Shown here: positions 18,943 through 27,731 of the stretch, piece after piece | How positions within the stretch are numbered: the first letter of the stretch is position 1 | Layout of the letters: every line of letters begins with the position of its first letter | Origin: Verrucomicrobiota bacterium | GTDB lineage: Bacteria > Verrucomicrobiota > Verrucomicrobiia > Limisphaerales > AAA164-E04 | Direction: 5' to 3' | DNA: 64,000 nucleotides | Assembly: GCA_047947115.1 (NCBI GenBank) | Contig: CP170459.1 | Span: 3,552,001 to 3,616,000 of the forward strand | The notes under the pieces: generated by a model | Told to the model about the DNA's origin: nothing | Seen by the model: only the letters and a program-made list of their open reading frames with translations | Databases searched by the model: none | Position numbers and translations under genes: made by a program

Positions 18943-20118
18943 ATGTATGTCACTCATGTCATCACTCGCCTGATTGTCGGTGGCGCACAGGAAAATACGA
19001 TCTCCACGGTACTTGGCTTGAAGGAAAAGCCTGGTATTCAAGTGGACCTGATCTCCGGGCCAACCTCCACCACATCGCCGGAAGGATCGCTGGAACGAAC
19101 TCTTGACGTTGTTCCCGGCATCCTGCATATCGAACCCCACCTGGTAAGGCAGGTTTCTCCCTGGCGCGAGGTTTTGGCTTTCCGTAATCTCAAGCGGCGA
19201 TTTAAAGAAACCCGGCCCGACATTGTTCATACCCATAGTGGCAAAGCTGGTATCATTGGTCGCATGGCCGCCAACGCCGCAGGGGTCCCTTGTATCATTC
19301 ATGGCATCCATGGTCCGTCCTTTGGGCCATTTCAGGGAGCCATTTCCAATAAGGTGTTCCTCACCGCCGAAAGAATGGCGGGCCAGGTGACGGATCATTT
19401 CGTGGGGGTGGCGGATGCCATGTGTCGACAATATCTGGATGCCGGCATCGGGACACCGGATCAATACAGCACCGTTTACAGCGGATTTGATTTAAGCGCC
19501 TTTCTTGCCTCAGAACCGTCCCCTGAACTGAAGTCCAAATACGGGATCAAACCGGACGACTTTGTCGTAGGAAAAATAGCCCGGCTATTTGAACTCAAAG
19601 GGCATGATCAGATCTTTGAAGTGTTTCCGGAAATGGTGAAACAGATTCCCAATATCAAACTTTTGCTGGTCGGGGGAGGGCCGTTTCGAGAACGGTTTGA
19701 AACCCAGTTGGAAGAGATGGGATTGAGAGATCGTGTTGTATTTACCGGTCTTGTACCTCCGTGTGAAGTTCCAGGATTGGTGGGCATCATGGATGCGTTG
19801 GTGCACCTCTCCCAACGTGAGGGTCTGCCGCGAGCACTTCCGCAGGCCATGGCCGCGGGTAAGCCTGTCATTTCCCTCAATCTGGACGGTGCCCCCGAAG
19901 TCTGTATCACAGGGACGACAGGCTACTTGCTTAAGGAACATATTCACGACCATTTGATCCAGTCCCTGGTTGAGCTACAGCAAAACCCGGAACTCAGAAG
20001 AAATCTGGGGGAGCAGGGGCGTGAGTTGGTCAGGAAGAGATTTGCCATCAGCACCATGGTGGATGAAATTGAATCACTCTACTGGCAATTGAATGAGCGT
20101 AAGAAATCCAAGAAATGA
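18943..20118 (+). CDS. Glycosyltransferase family 4
   Basis: GGAQEN, HTHSGKAG, ARLFELKGH, REGLPRALPQAMAAG. Confidence 0.92.
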   Translation: MYVTHVITRLIVGGAQENTISTVLGLKEKPGIQVDLISGPTSTTSPEGSLERTLDVVPGILHIEPHLVRQVSPWREVLAFRNLKRRFKETRPDIVHTHSGKAGIIGRMAANAAGVPCIIHGIHGPSFGPFQGAISNKVFLTAERMAGQVTDHFVGVADAMCRQYLDAGIGTPDQYSTVYSGFDLSAFLASEPSPELKSKYGIKPDDFVVGKIARLFELKGHDQIFEVFPEMVKQIPNIKLLLVGGGPFRERFETQLEEMGLRDRVVFTGLVPPCEVPGLVGIMDALVHLSQREGLPRALPQAMAAGKPVISLNLDGAPEVCITGTTGYLLKEHIHDHLIQSLVELQQNPELRRNLGEQGRELVRKRFAISTMVDEIESLYWQLNERKKSKK

Positions 20119-20531
20119 AGTGGCAAATTTCACGGACTGTCGAATTGAACCTCCAAAAATCCCGAAAGTTTGAATCGCGTCTGTTTATTCTTTCAAAGCC
20201 GGCCAAAAGTTTTAAGGAACGTCAACCAAATCCGAGAAACTGACAAAAGCCAAAAACCCGCAACCAAACCGCCTTCCGGATGTTCTATCAAATCACGACC
20301 ATTCGATTATATCGCAAAAAAATCCACTGATGCCCTGGAATCATGGGGCATCCCATGCTGCGAGTTTCATAGGTGTGTATCTTTGTGGGGATTTGGATGG
20401 TATCGCCGAAGTCCATTCCCGGATGGTTTGGGAGTCGGGGGGGTGAAATGAAAAAGATCGCCGTGAAAAAAGGCGAGAGCATGTTCCACCTTGCTGTTGA
20501 AGATTTGGTTGGGATTGGGTAGTTCTAGGGG

Positions 20532-21626
20532 ATGCGGTTTATCGGTACCATCATTGAAAAGCTACAGCGGCATCCCAAACGGATTGTTTTTCCGGAAGGG
20601 CATGAGCCTCGGGTGTTGCAGACCGCGAGACAATTTCACGCATTACGGCTCGGGGTGCCTATTCTTCTGGGGGATCGGACGCGGATCAAGGAGGCTGCTT
20701 CCGCACTGGGACTTGGGCTGGAGGGGATTCGCATCATTAACCCTGAAACCAGCGAGGATCTTGAGAATTTTGCCGATCGTTATCTCAAGCTCAGGCAGGG
20801 TAAAGGTGTCACGGAAGAGGCCGCTCATCAGGCCATGTTGCAGCCAAATTATTACGGTTCCATGATGGTGGCCATGCATCAGGCAGACGGTCTGATCTCC
20901 GGTACGGCCGAGTATTCGGGGAGTGTGCTGCGCCCGTTGTTTCGCATCATCAAGGTGGCTCCGAATACTTCGACGGCTTCCAGTTGTATGATCATGGAGG
21001 TTGAGGATACGCGGTTTGGCGATAATGGGGTGTTGTTTTTTGCAGATTGTGGTGTGATCCCGGATCCAAGCGCCGAGCAACTGGCTGATATCGCCTTTTC
21101 GACTGCCAATCTGGCAAAACATTTGCTTGGTACCCGGCCTCGTGTGGCCATGCTTTCCTATTCCACAAAAGGGAGCGCCGATCATCCAAGTATTCTCAAG
21201 ATTCGGGCGGCCACCCAGTTAGCCACCCAGAAAGCGGCGGCTTGTGGTTTGGTGGCTGATTTCGACGGTGAAATTCAGGTGGATGCAGCACTGGTGGCTG
21301 ATGTTGCCAAGGTGAAATCCCAGGATTCGCTGGTTGCGGGACAGGCCAATGTCCTGATTTTTCCGGATCTCAATTCGGGTAATATTGCCAGCAAGCTGTT
21401 GAAACACATTTCGCGGGCCAATGCCTACGGTCAGATCCTGCTGGGCCTGGATCGTCCGGCAGCGGATGTGTCGCGCGGGTCGAATGCACACGATATATTG
21501 GGTGTATCGGCGATCGTTGGCCTGCAGTCGATTGAATACAACGCGCTGTTTCCTGGCGCCGGTCAGGTTTTGCCGGGAGAGAAGTCCGGTAACAGTTCCA
21601 TCTCGATCCCGGATGCATCTCACTGA
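20532..21626 (+). CDS. pta: Phosphate acetyltransferase, catalytic domain only (class I)
   Basis: RIVFPEG, FADC, VAMLSYSTKGS, DGEIQVDAA, FPDLNSGNI, and DVSRG...HDI carrying the catalytic Ser/Arg/Asp. Confidence 0.88.
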   Translation: MRFIGTIIEKLQRHPKRIVFPEGHEPRVLQTARQFHALRLGVPILLGDRTRIKEAASALGLGLEGIRIINPETSEDLENFADRYLKLRQGKGVTEEAAHQAMLQPNYYGSMMVAMHQADGLISGTAEYSGSVLRPLFRIIKVAPNTSTASSCMIMEVEDTRFGDNGVLFFADCGVIPDPSAEQLADIAFSTANLAKHLLGTRPRVAMLSYSTKGSADHPSILKIRAATQLATQKAAACGLVADFDGEIQVDAALVADVAKVKSQDSLVAGQANVLIFPDLNSGNIASKLLKHISRANAYGQILLGLDRPAADVSRGSNAHDILGVSAIVGLQSIEYNALFPGAGQVLPGEKSGNSSISIPDASH

Positions 21627-21646
21627 TTAAACGACTTGGATTCCAT

Positions 21647-22756
21647 ATGAAGAATATTGTCACTCCGCGCGTTTTCATTGCTGCCACGCGTCAAAATGAC
21701 GGCAAAACGACCACCTCTCTGGGGTTGCTTTCGGCACTCAAAAAGTATTATCCCAGAATTGGCTACATCAAGCCCGTGGGGCAGCGTTTTGTTGAGGTGA
21801 AGGAGCACAAGATCGATGAGGATTCGTTTCTGATGGACAAGGTTTACAGCTTGAACTGTCCATTGCCTGAAATGAGTCCCATTGCCGTGGCATCCGATTT
21901 TACCAGGAATTACCTCAAATCAGCGAATCAGGAACAATTGGTCAAGAGGGTATGGCAGGCATTCGATCGTGTGGCGTGGGAGAAGGATTTTGTGTTGTGC
22001 GAAGGCACGGGACACGCCGGGGTTGGATCGGTTTTTGATCTCTCCAATGCCACCGTAGCGCGCATCCTTAATGCCAAGGTCGTTTTGGTAACCCAGGGTG
22101 GTATCGGGCGGCCCATTGATGAGGTGGCCTTGAATCAGGCGCTTTTTGAAAAAGATGGGGTGGAGATCATAGGAGTGATCCTGAACAAGGTGAGGCAGGA
22201 CAAGGTGGAATACATTACCGAATTTGCCAGGAAAGGCCTGGAACGAAAAGGGCTTCGCCTGCTTGGGGTGATTCCGCATCAACGCATGCTTTCGAGTCCC
22301 ACCATGGAATTGATCCGCGACGAACTGAAAGCCCAGGCAATCAACAAATCCACCCAGATTCACAATATTGTGGACAACGTCGTGGTGGCCGCCATGAGTG
22401 CCCCAAATGCCCGTAAATTTTTCAAGCCCGGCTCTCTCATGATCATGCCCGCCGACAGGGAGGATCTTATAGAGACAGCAGCCATCCCTTTTGAAAACGG
22501 GATCCCGACAAAGTTGTCCGGCATCGTCCTGACCGATGATATTGAACCATCCAAACGAGTGATGGACATTCTCCGCAAGATGCCTTATCCGATCCTGATC
22601 ACCAAGGAGGACAGCTACCAGGTGGCCTCAACCGTGCATGATTTGATTGTAAAAACCCGTCCTGGTGACGGTGCCAAGATTGCTTTGATTCGTGACCTGG
22701 TGAAGACTCATGTCGATGTCAGCAGCATTGTTGATCGCACGGTTCGTTCTTACTAA
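21647..22756 (+). CDS. Stand-alone BioD-like (AAA_26) plus DRTGG domain protein, equivalent to the N-terminal module of class II Pta
   Basis: P-loop-like NDGKTT, GYIKPVG, LCEGTG, GVILNKV, LGVIP, and DRTGG-like MPADRED. Confidence 0.85.
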   Translation: MKNIVTPRVFIAATRQNDGKTTTSLGLLSALKKYYPRIGYIKPVGQRFVEVKEHKIDEDSFLMDKVYSLNCPLPEMSPIAVASDFTRNYLKSANQEQLVKRVWQAFDRVAWEKDFVLCEGTGHAGVGSVFDLSNATVARILNAKVVLVTQGGIGRPIDEVALNQALFEKDGVEIIGVILNKVRQDKVEYITEFARKGLERKGLRLLGVIPHQRMLSSPTMELIRDELKAQAINKSTQIHNIVDNVVVAAMSAPNARKFFKPGSLMIMPADREDLIETAAIPFENGIPTKLSGIVLTDDIEPSKRVMDILRKMPYPILITKEDSYQVASTVHDLIVKTRPGDGAKIALIRDLVKTHVDVSSIVDRTVRSY

Positions 22757-22768
22757 ATCCATTTTCAA

Positions 22769-23878
22769 ATGAAATCATTTCAAGTTCCAACGCAGGGACA
22801 TTTAAATTCCCTGCCTGTTTATCAACCCGGTCGTCCCATTGAAGAAGTGGCCCGTGAGCTGGGTATTCCGTTTGGCGACATCATCAAGCTGGCATCCAAT
22901 GAAAATCCATTGGGCCCCTCCGAGAAGGCGCTGCAGGCTATTCAGAAAGCGGCCAGGCAGGTGCATCTATATCCTGATGGAAATGCGTTTTATCTAAAGC
23001 AATGCATGTCCGAATGCCTGGGTATCCCCCAGGAATCCATCATTTTCAGCAATGGTTCCAACGAGTTGATAGAATGGATCGGGCATTTGTTATTGGATGC
23101 AGATTCCAATATCGTGGTGTCGCAATATTGTTTTGCCATCTATCCCATTGTTGCCGCCATGTTTGGGGCGAAGACAAATACCGTGCCGGCGGTCGATTAT
23201 GGGCACGATTTGAGAGCCATGGCCGATGCGGTGGACGAACGAACGAAAGCCGTCTTTGTGGCCAACCCCAATAATCCAACCGGGACCCTGGCATCAAGCG
23301 AAGAAGTGATGGCTTTTCTGGACCGCATTCCGGATCATGTGTTGATCGTCATGGATGAAGCCTACTACGAATTCCTGCCCCAACCCACTGATTTGCTGCC
23401 CTTGCTGAGGGACGGTGGCAAACCTAATCTGTTTTTGATGAGGACGTTTTCGAAGATTCATGGGTTGGCTGGGTTGCGGGTCGGCTACGGGATCGGGCAT
23501 CGTGATTTCATTCAAGTGATGGAGAAGGTCAGGCAACCCTTTAATGTGAACGCCTTGGCCCAAGCTGGAGCTCTTGCTGCTTTGGGGGATGTGGATCATG
23601 TTCAGCGGACCAGGGAGATTAATCAGGAAGGGATTGAATTTTTTCAAAACCAATTCGATACGCATGGGCTTGAGTATGTGCCGTCTCATGCCAATTTCGT
23701 ACTGGTCAAAGTGGGTGAGGGGAAACGGGTGTTCGAGGAGTTGCAAAAACAGGGAGTCATCACACGTCCCATGGCGGGGTATCAATTGCCGGAATGGATT
23801 CGTATCAGTATCGGGACTTCGTCGGAAAACGAGCGTTGCATGAATGCTTTGACCAAGGCACTGGGCTTGGTGGGCTAA
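22769..23878 (+). CDS. hisC: Histidinol-phosphate aminotransferase
   Basis: YQPG, KLASNENP, NPNNPTG, DEAY, RTFSK..GLAGLRVGY. Confidence 0.93.
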   Translation: MKSFQVPTQGHLNSLPVYQPGRPIEEVARELGIPFGDIIKLASNENPLGPSEKALQAIQKAARQVHLYPDGNAFYLKQCMSECLGIPQESIIFSNGSNELIEWIGHLLLDADSNIVVSQYCFAIYPIVAAMFGAKTNTVPAVDYGHDLRAMADAVDERTKAVFVANPNNPTGTLASSEEVMAFLDRIPDHVLIVMDEAYYEFLPQPTDLLPLLRDGGKPNLFLMRTFSKIHGLAGLRVGYGIGHRDFIQVMEKVRQPFNVNALAQAGALAALGDVDHVQRTREINQEGIEFFQNQFDTHGLEYVPSHANFVLVKVGEGKRVFEELQKQGVITRPMAGYQLPEWIRISIGTSSENERCMNALTKALGLVG

Positions 23879-23887
23879 TATTAAATC

Positions 23888-25069
23888 TCAGTTCGCCCTG
23901 GGCCGGTAGTTGAAAAAAGCTTTAGGAAACCATCGGCGTAGAACCGCGAAGGGCAGGTGATCTGTCCAACACCGGGCTCTTGCCGGGACGGGGTGTCTGG
24001 AAATGCGGGGCAGTTCCTGGATACGGTTCAAGAAGGACATGAATTTATAATGATATTTGTCCTCCGCATACTCGTTGCTGATGGAAATGCCTTTGCCCCG
24101 TGCTTCTTCCACCTGCTCTGGTGGAAGTTCCTGCCATGCTTTCAAAGTGCTCGCGATGGATGCGTAGTCTTCGGGTTGATAGAGAAGGTCTGGATGAATG
24201 TTCTCCACCACTTTATCTCCGCCGCATTGGATGCGGGGAAAGATCGGGATACATCCCGCATTCAGGGCTTCCTGCATTGCCAGAGGTGATCCTTCAAAAT
24301 CGCTGGTGTATATCACGAAATCCCACGAAGACAGGATGCGCCAGTAATCCGATCCGGATTGTCTGCCGTGGAAGTGGATATGTTTCTTGTCCCTGAATGC
24401 CTGTTTCAACTCTGGTTCGGCGGTGCCGCTGCCCAGGAATTCCAGTTCGAAAGGGATCTTTTGCGTTTCAAGAACCTTCACCAGGGGAATGAAACGTTCC
24501 ACTCTCTTTTGCAGGTGATCCACCCTGCCGACAAATCCCAGGCGGAGTGGACGTACCCCCAGTGGAGGGCGCTTTGATTGAAGGTCGGGCGGGCATGTTT
24601 TGATGGGGACAGGAAGATGAATGGCGCGTTCCGGGCTGAGCGAAGGCATGTGCTTTTGAGCGAGGTCCGCGATGGCCTGGCTGTCGCAGAAGACCCCGTC
24701 CAGAAATCCGTCCAGTTGACTCAACTGATGTTCCAGGTGCGGCCAATGAGAATGGATTGCGCCCAACCTGAGTGAACAAGAATCCAGGTCTGCCAGAAAA
24801 GCCATGCCCCAGAGATCATGGTAAACACAGCAGTCATGCGTGACGCCACACTCACTGCTTTTGAATGCCTTTCTTGCTTTCAGGATGTTGGTTCGTCCGT
24901 TCCAGTTTAAACCTTGGACAGAGTAGGGGGTGTCGGGTTCTTCCTGGTCGAAAAACGCCAATAGGGATGAGCGCAGGCCGGCTTTAACGTCGTGATTGAG
25001 GTGCGTGGTCAGGATGGACTGAACGCCCCCCAGACTGGAAAAATGGGTGAAATAATGACGTATGTTCAT
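23888..25069 (-). CDS. Glycosyltransferase family 4-like
   Basis: LGGVQ, FVGRV..QKRV, SDFEGSPLAMQEAL (E-X7-E). Start placed at ATG 25069. Confidence 0.85.
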   Translation of the reverse strand: MNIRHYFTHFSSLGGVQSILTTHLNHDVKAGLRSSLLAFFDQEEPDTPYSVQGLNWNGRTNILKARKAFKSSECGVTHDCCVYHDLWGMAFLADLDSCSLRLGAIHSHWPHLEHQLSQLDGFLDGVFCDSQAIADLAQKHMPSLSPERAIHLPVPIKTCPPDLQSKRPPLGVRPLRLGFVGRVDHLQKRVERFIPLVKVLETQKIPFELEFLGSGTAEPELKQAFRDKKHIHFHGRQSGSDYWRILSSWDFVIYTSDFEGSPLAMQEALNAGCIPIFPRIQCGGDKVVENIHPDLLYQPEDYASIASTLKAWQELPPEQVEEARGKGISISNEYAEDKYHYKFMSFLNRIQELPRISRHPVPARARCWTDHLPFAVLRRWFPKAFFNYRPRAN

Positions 25070-25194
25070 CGATCCAGCAGGATTCAGGTCACAACCCAAG
25101 GGAGGGCTGCTCCGAAAACGAAACACCCCGGAGCGATGTGCGTCCTGAGACGATATCACGATCCGGGGTGTGTGAAATCATGATCCAGAGACCA

Positions 25195-27336
25195 TTAAAC
25201 GGCTGCGTCCGATTCCAGGAAGCCCTGCAACTGGCGTATACGGGTCGGGTGACGCAGTTTGCGCAGACCTTTGGCCTCGATCTGTCGGATACGTTCGCGG
25301 GTGACCTTGAATTGTTTGCCGACTTCTTCGAGGGTGCGTGCATACCCGTCGTGGAGACCGAAGCGCAGCTCCAGAATCTTGCGTTCGCGTTCGGTGAGCG
25401 TCGTCAGGACGTCATTCAAACGTTCGCGCAGCAGGAGGTGGCTGGTCATGTCCGATGGGTTTTCAGCAGATTTGTCCTCAATGAAATCACCGAAATTGGC
25501 ATCACCGCTGTCCCCCACGGGAGATTCCAGGGAGATGGGCTGCTGGGCCATTTTGAGAACCGCACTGACACGATCGACCGGCAGGTTCATTTCATCGGCG
25601 ATTTCCTCAGCGGTAGGCTCGCGGCCGAATTCCTGCAACAACTGCTTCTGCACACGCATCAGCTTGTTGATGATTTCGATCATGTGGACCGGAATACGGA
25701 TGGTGCGCGCCTGGTCGGCGACGGATCGGGTGATGGCCTGGCGGATCCACCAGGTGGCGTAGGTCGAGAATTTGTAACCCCTGCGGTATTCGAACTTCTC
25801 AACACCTTTCATCAAGCCCATGTTCCCTTCCTGGATCAGGTCGAGGAAGGACAATCCACGGTTGGTATATTTCTTGGCGATGGAGATCACCAGACGCAGG
25901 TTGGCTTCCACCATTTCCGTCTTGGCCTGGTGAGCTTTGGCTGCGAATTCCTTCAACTGTTCATATGCCTCGAGGTAATCCGCGTGCGGCATGCGAACAA
26001 AAGCTTCGAGCGCCTGGATTTTCTGCTCCTCCATCTGGATGTAAGATTGCTGGTGCGTGGAGGATTTTTGACGGTTGAGATCGCTGATCAGGTCCAGGCT
26101 GGCGTGTATCTTTTCGAAAATGTTTTCGGTCACAAGCGTCATTTCCTCAATGACCTTTTGCTTGTAGTAAAACTTGCCGAACATGTTCTGCAGTTTTTTG
26201 TCCGCCTTCAGAAATTCGTCGTGATACTTTTCCTGTGTTTTCTTGCTGCCTGCCTTCTGCCATGCGGCATATTTTTCGTCGACCACCTGATCCTGTTCCC
26301 GTACCTGTTTCACCAGTCGGCGCAGGTATTTCAGGTGTTTGTCCCGGCTGTCGATCTTTTTATCCAGAATGACGCGGTCAAATCGTTCTTTCGGGGGTTC
26401 GGCGATGAGTTTTTCAGCCAGGGCAATATGTTCCTTTCCGGCAAAGCCCATGCTGTAAACGATTTTACGCTGAGCGATTTCGGCGTCTTCGATGCGTTTG
26501 CAGATTTCGACTTCCTGTTCGCGGGTGAGCAGAGGCACTTTACCCATCTGCTTCATATACATGCGAACGGGATCATCGAGGATGTCCAGACGGCCGGCAT
26601 CTTCCTCGTCGTTCTGGTCGTTTTTCTTGATGCGTTCGACTTCAGCTTGATCGACGATTTCGACGTCCAGATTACGCAGGCGATTGTAAACCTCTTCCAA
26701 GTCCTCCGGCGTAATGACCTCCTCGGGGAGCACTTCGTTGATGTCTCCATAGGTCAAATAACCCTGTTCCTGAGCGAGGCTGAGGAGTTCTTTGACGTAT
26801 TCGGTCAGGTTGACGCCTGATTTGCCGGATGGCGGGTTTAATTCTTCCAATTCCTCTTCGGTTTTGGATTTATTCTTGGATTTGTCTTTGGCCTTGGCTT
26901 TGGCCTGGCGCTGGATTTCTTCCAGAATGGATTTTGTGCGAGCGACTGCTTCTTTATTTTTTTTCGCTTTGCCGGCGTCATCACTTATGGCCTTTTTTTT
27001 GGTTGCTTTGGATTCCTTGCTGGCCGTCGCAGAGGGCGCTGCAGCTTTATTGCCAGCCGCCGCTTTGTCGCCAGCTTTGGTTTTGGCCGGTTTATTGGTG
27101 GTGACTTTGGCTGATTTTGTTGATTTGGGCTTTGCTGCAGCTTTTTTTGGCAAACTCTTTGATGCCGTGCTGGTTTTTGACTTGCTGCTGGTAGGGGCTT
27201 TGGCCGAATTAACTTTTCTTTTTTCGGTGTCGGCAGCTTTTTCTGGCTTGGTGGCTTTTTTGGTTACAGTGCTTGCCTTCGCCTTTTGAGGGGCGGATTT
27301 GGACTTGGCGGTTGTTGCCTTTGATTTTTTGACCAT
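25195..27336 (-). CDS. rpoD: Primary sigma-70 factor with a long Lys/Ala-rich N-terminal extension
   Basis: Region 1.1 [13 protein letters not shown], region 1.2 [12 protein letters not shown], region 2 [28 protein letters not shown], region 4 [20 protein letters not shown]. Confidence 0.97.
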   Translation of the reverse strand: MVKKSKATTAKSKSAPQKAKASTVTKKATKPEKAADTEKRKVNSAKAPTSSKSKTSTASKSLPKKAAAKPKSTKSAKVTTNKPAKTKAGDKAAAGNKAAAPSATASKESKATKKKAISDDAGKAKKNKEAVARTKSILEEIQRQAKAKAKDKSKNKSKTEEELEELNPPSGKSGVNLTEYVKELLSLAQEQGYLTYGDINEVLPEEVITPEDLEEVYNRLRNLDVEIVDQAEVERIKKNDQNDEEDAGRLDILDDPVRMYMKQMGKVPLLTREQEVEICKRIEDAEIAQRKIVYSMGFAGKEHIALAEKLIAEPPKERFDRVILDKKIDSRDKHLKYLRRLVKQVREQDQVVDEKYAAWQKAGSKKTQEKYHDEFLKADKKLQNMFGKFYYKQKVIEEMTLVTENIFEKIHASLDLISDLNRQKSSTHQQSYIQMEEQKIQALEAFVRMPHADYLEAYEQLKEFAAKAHQAKTEMVEANLRLVISIAKKYTNRGLSFLDLIQEGNMGLMKGVEKFEYRRGYKFSTYATWWIRQAITRSVADQARTIRIPVHMIEIINKLMRVQKQLLQEFGREPTAEEIADEMNLPVDRVSAVLKMAQQPISLESPVGDSGDANFGDFIEDKSAENPSDMTSHLLLRERLNDVLTTLTERERKILELRFGLHDGYARTLEEVGKQFKVTRERIRQIEAKGLRKLRHPTRIRQLQGFLESDAAV

Positions 27337-27731
27337 ATGGATTAACTGATAAAACTCATTCCCGCTCTTTATACTCTGCGGGTGATTTACGGGTTATTTG
27401 GCGCCTTGATCTAGGTTTTGTTGCGAATATAAGCAAAAATTTCCGCCCAACAAGGGACGAAAATCAAAACTTTAAATTAGGTCAAAGGCTGCGGACAGGT
27501 AATCCCGTTAATAGGGGGTATTGCGGCTTGTGTGTTTGATGCAGTTAAAATTTGCATGCGTCGCCGCCTCATTTGATTATGCCATTCCCATCGCCTTGGA
27601 CGCTTTCCGTTTGTTTCTATCGTCATCATGACAACGATTTTCAGCAAACGAAACACCTATACTTACCTTGTTGATCTTTCAAAATCAAGTTTTAGATTCG
27701 AAAAAATTAGCCACTCATCGGGGGCGCCGAG

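Noticed and set aside
25138..26820. 560-aa plus-strand ORF
   Set aside because: Antisense shadow of rpoD in the mirrored frame with no recognisable motifs; expected from codon bias.
27337..27731. ncRNA or riboswitch in the rpoD upstream region
   Set aside because: Only short imperfect palindromes (e.g. 27619-27638) and no recognisable family; most simply a promoter region.
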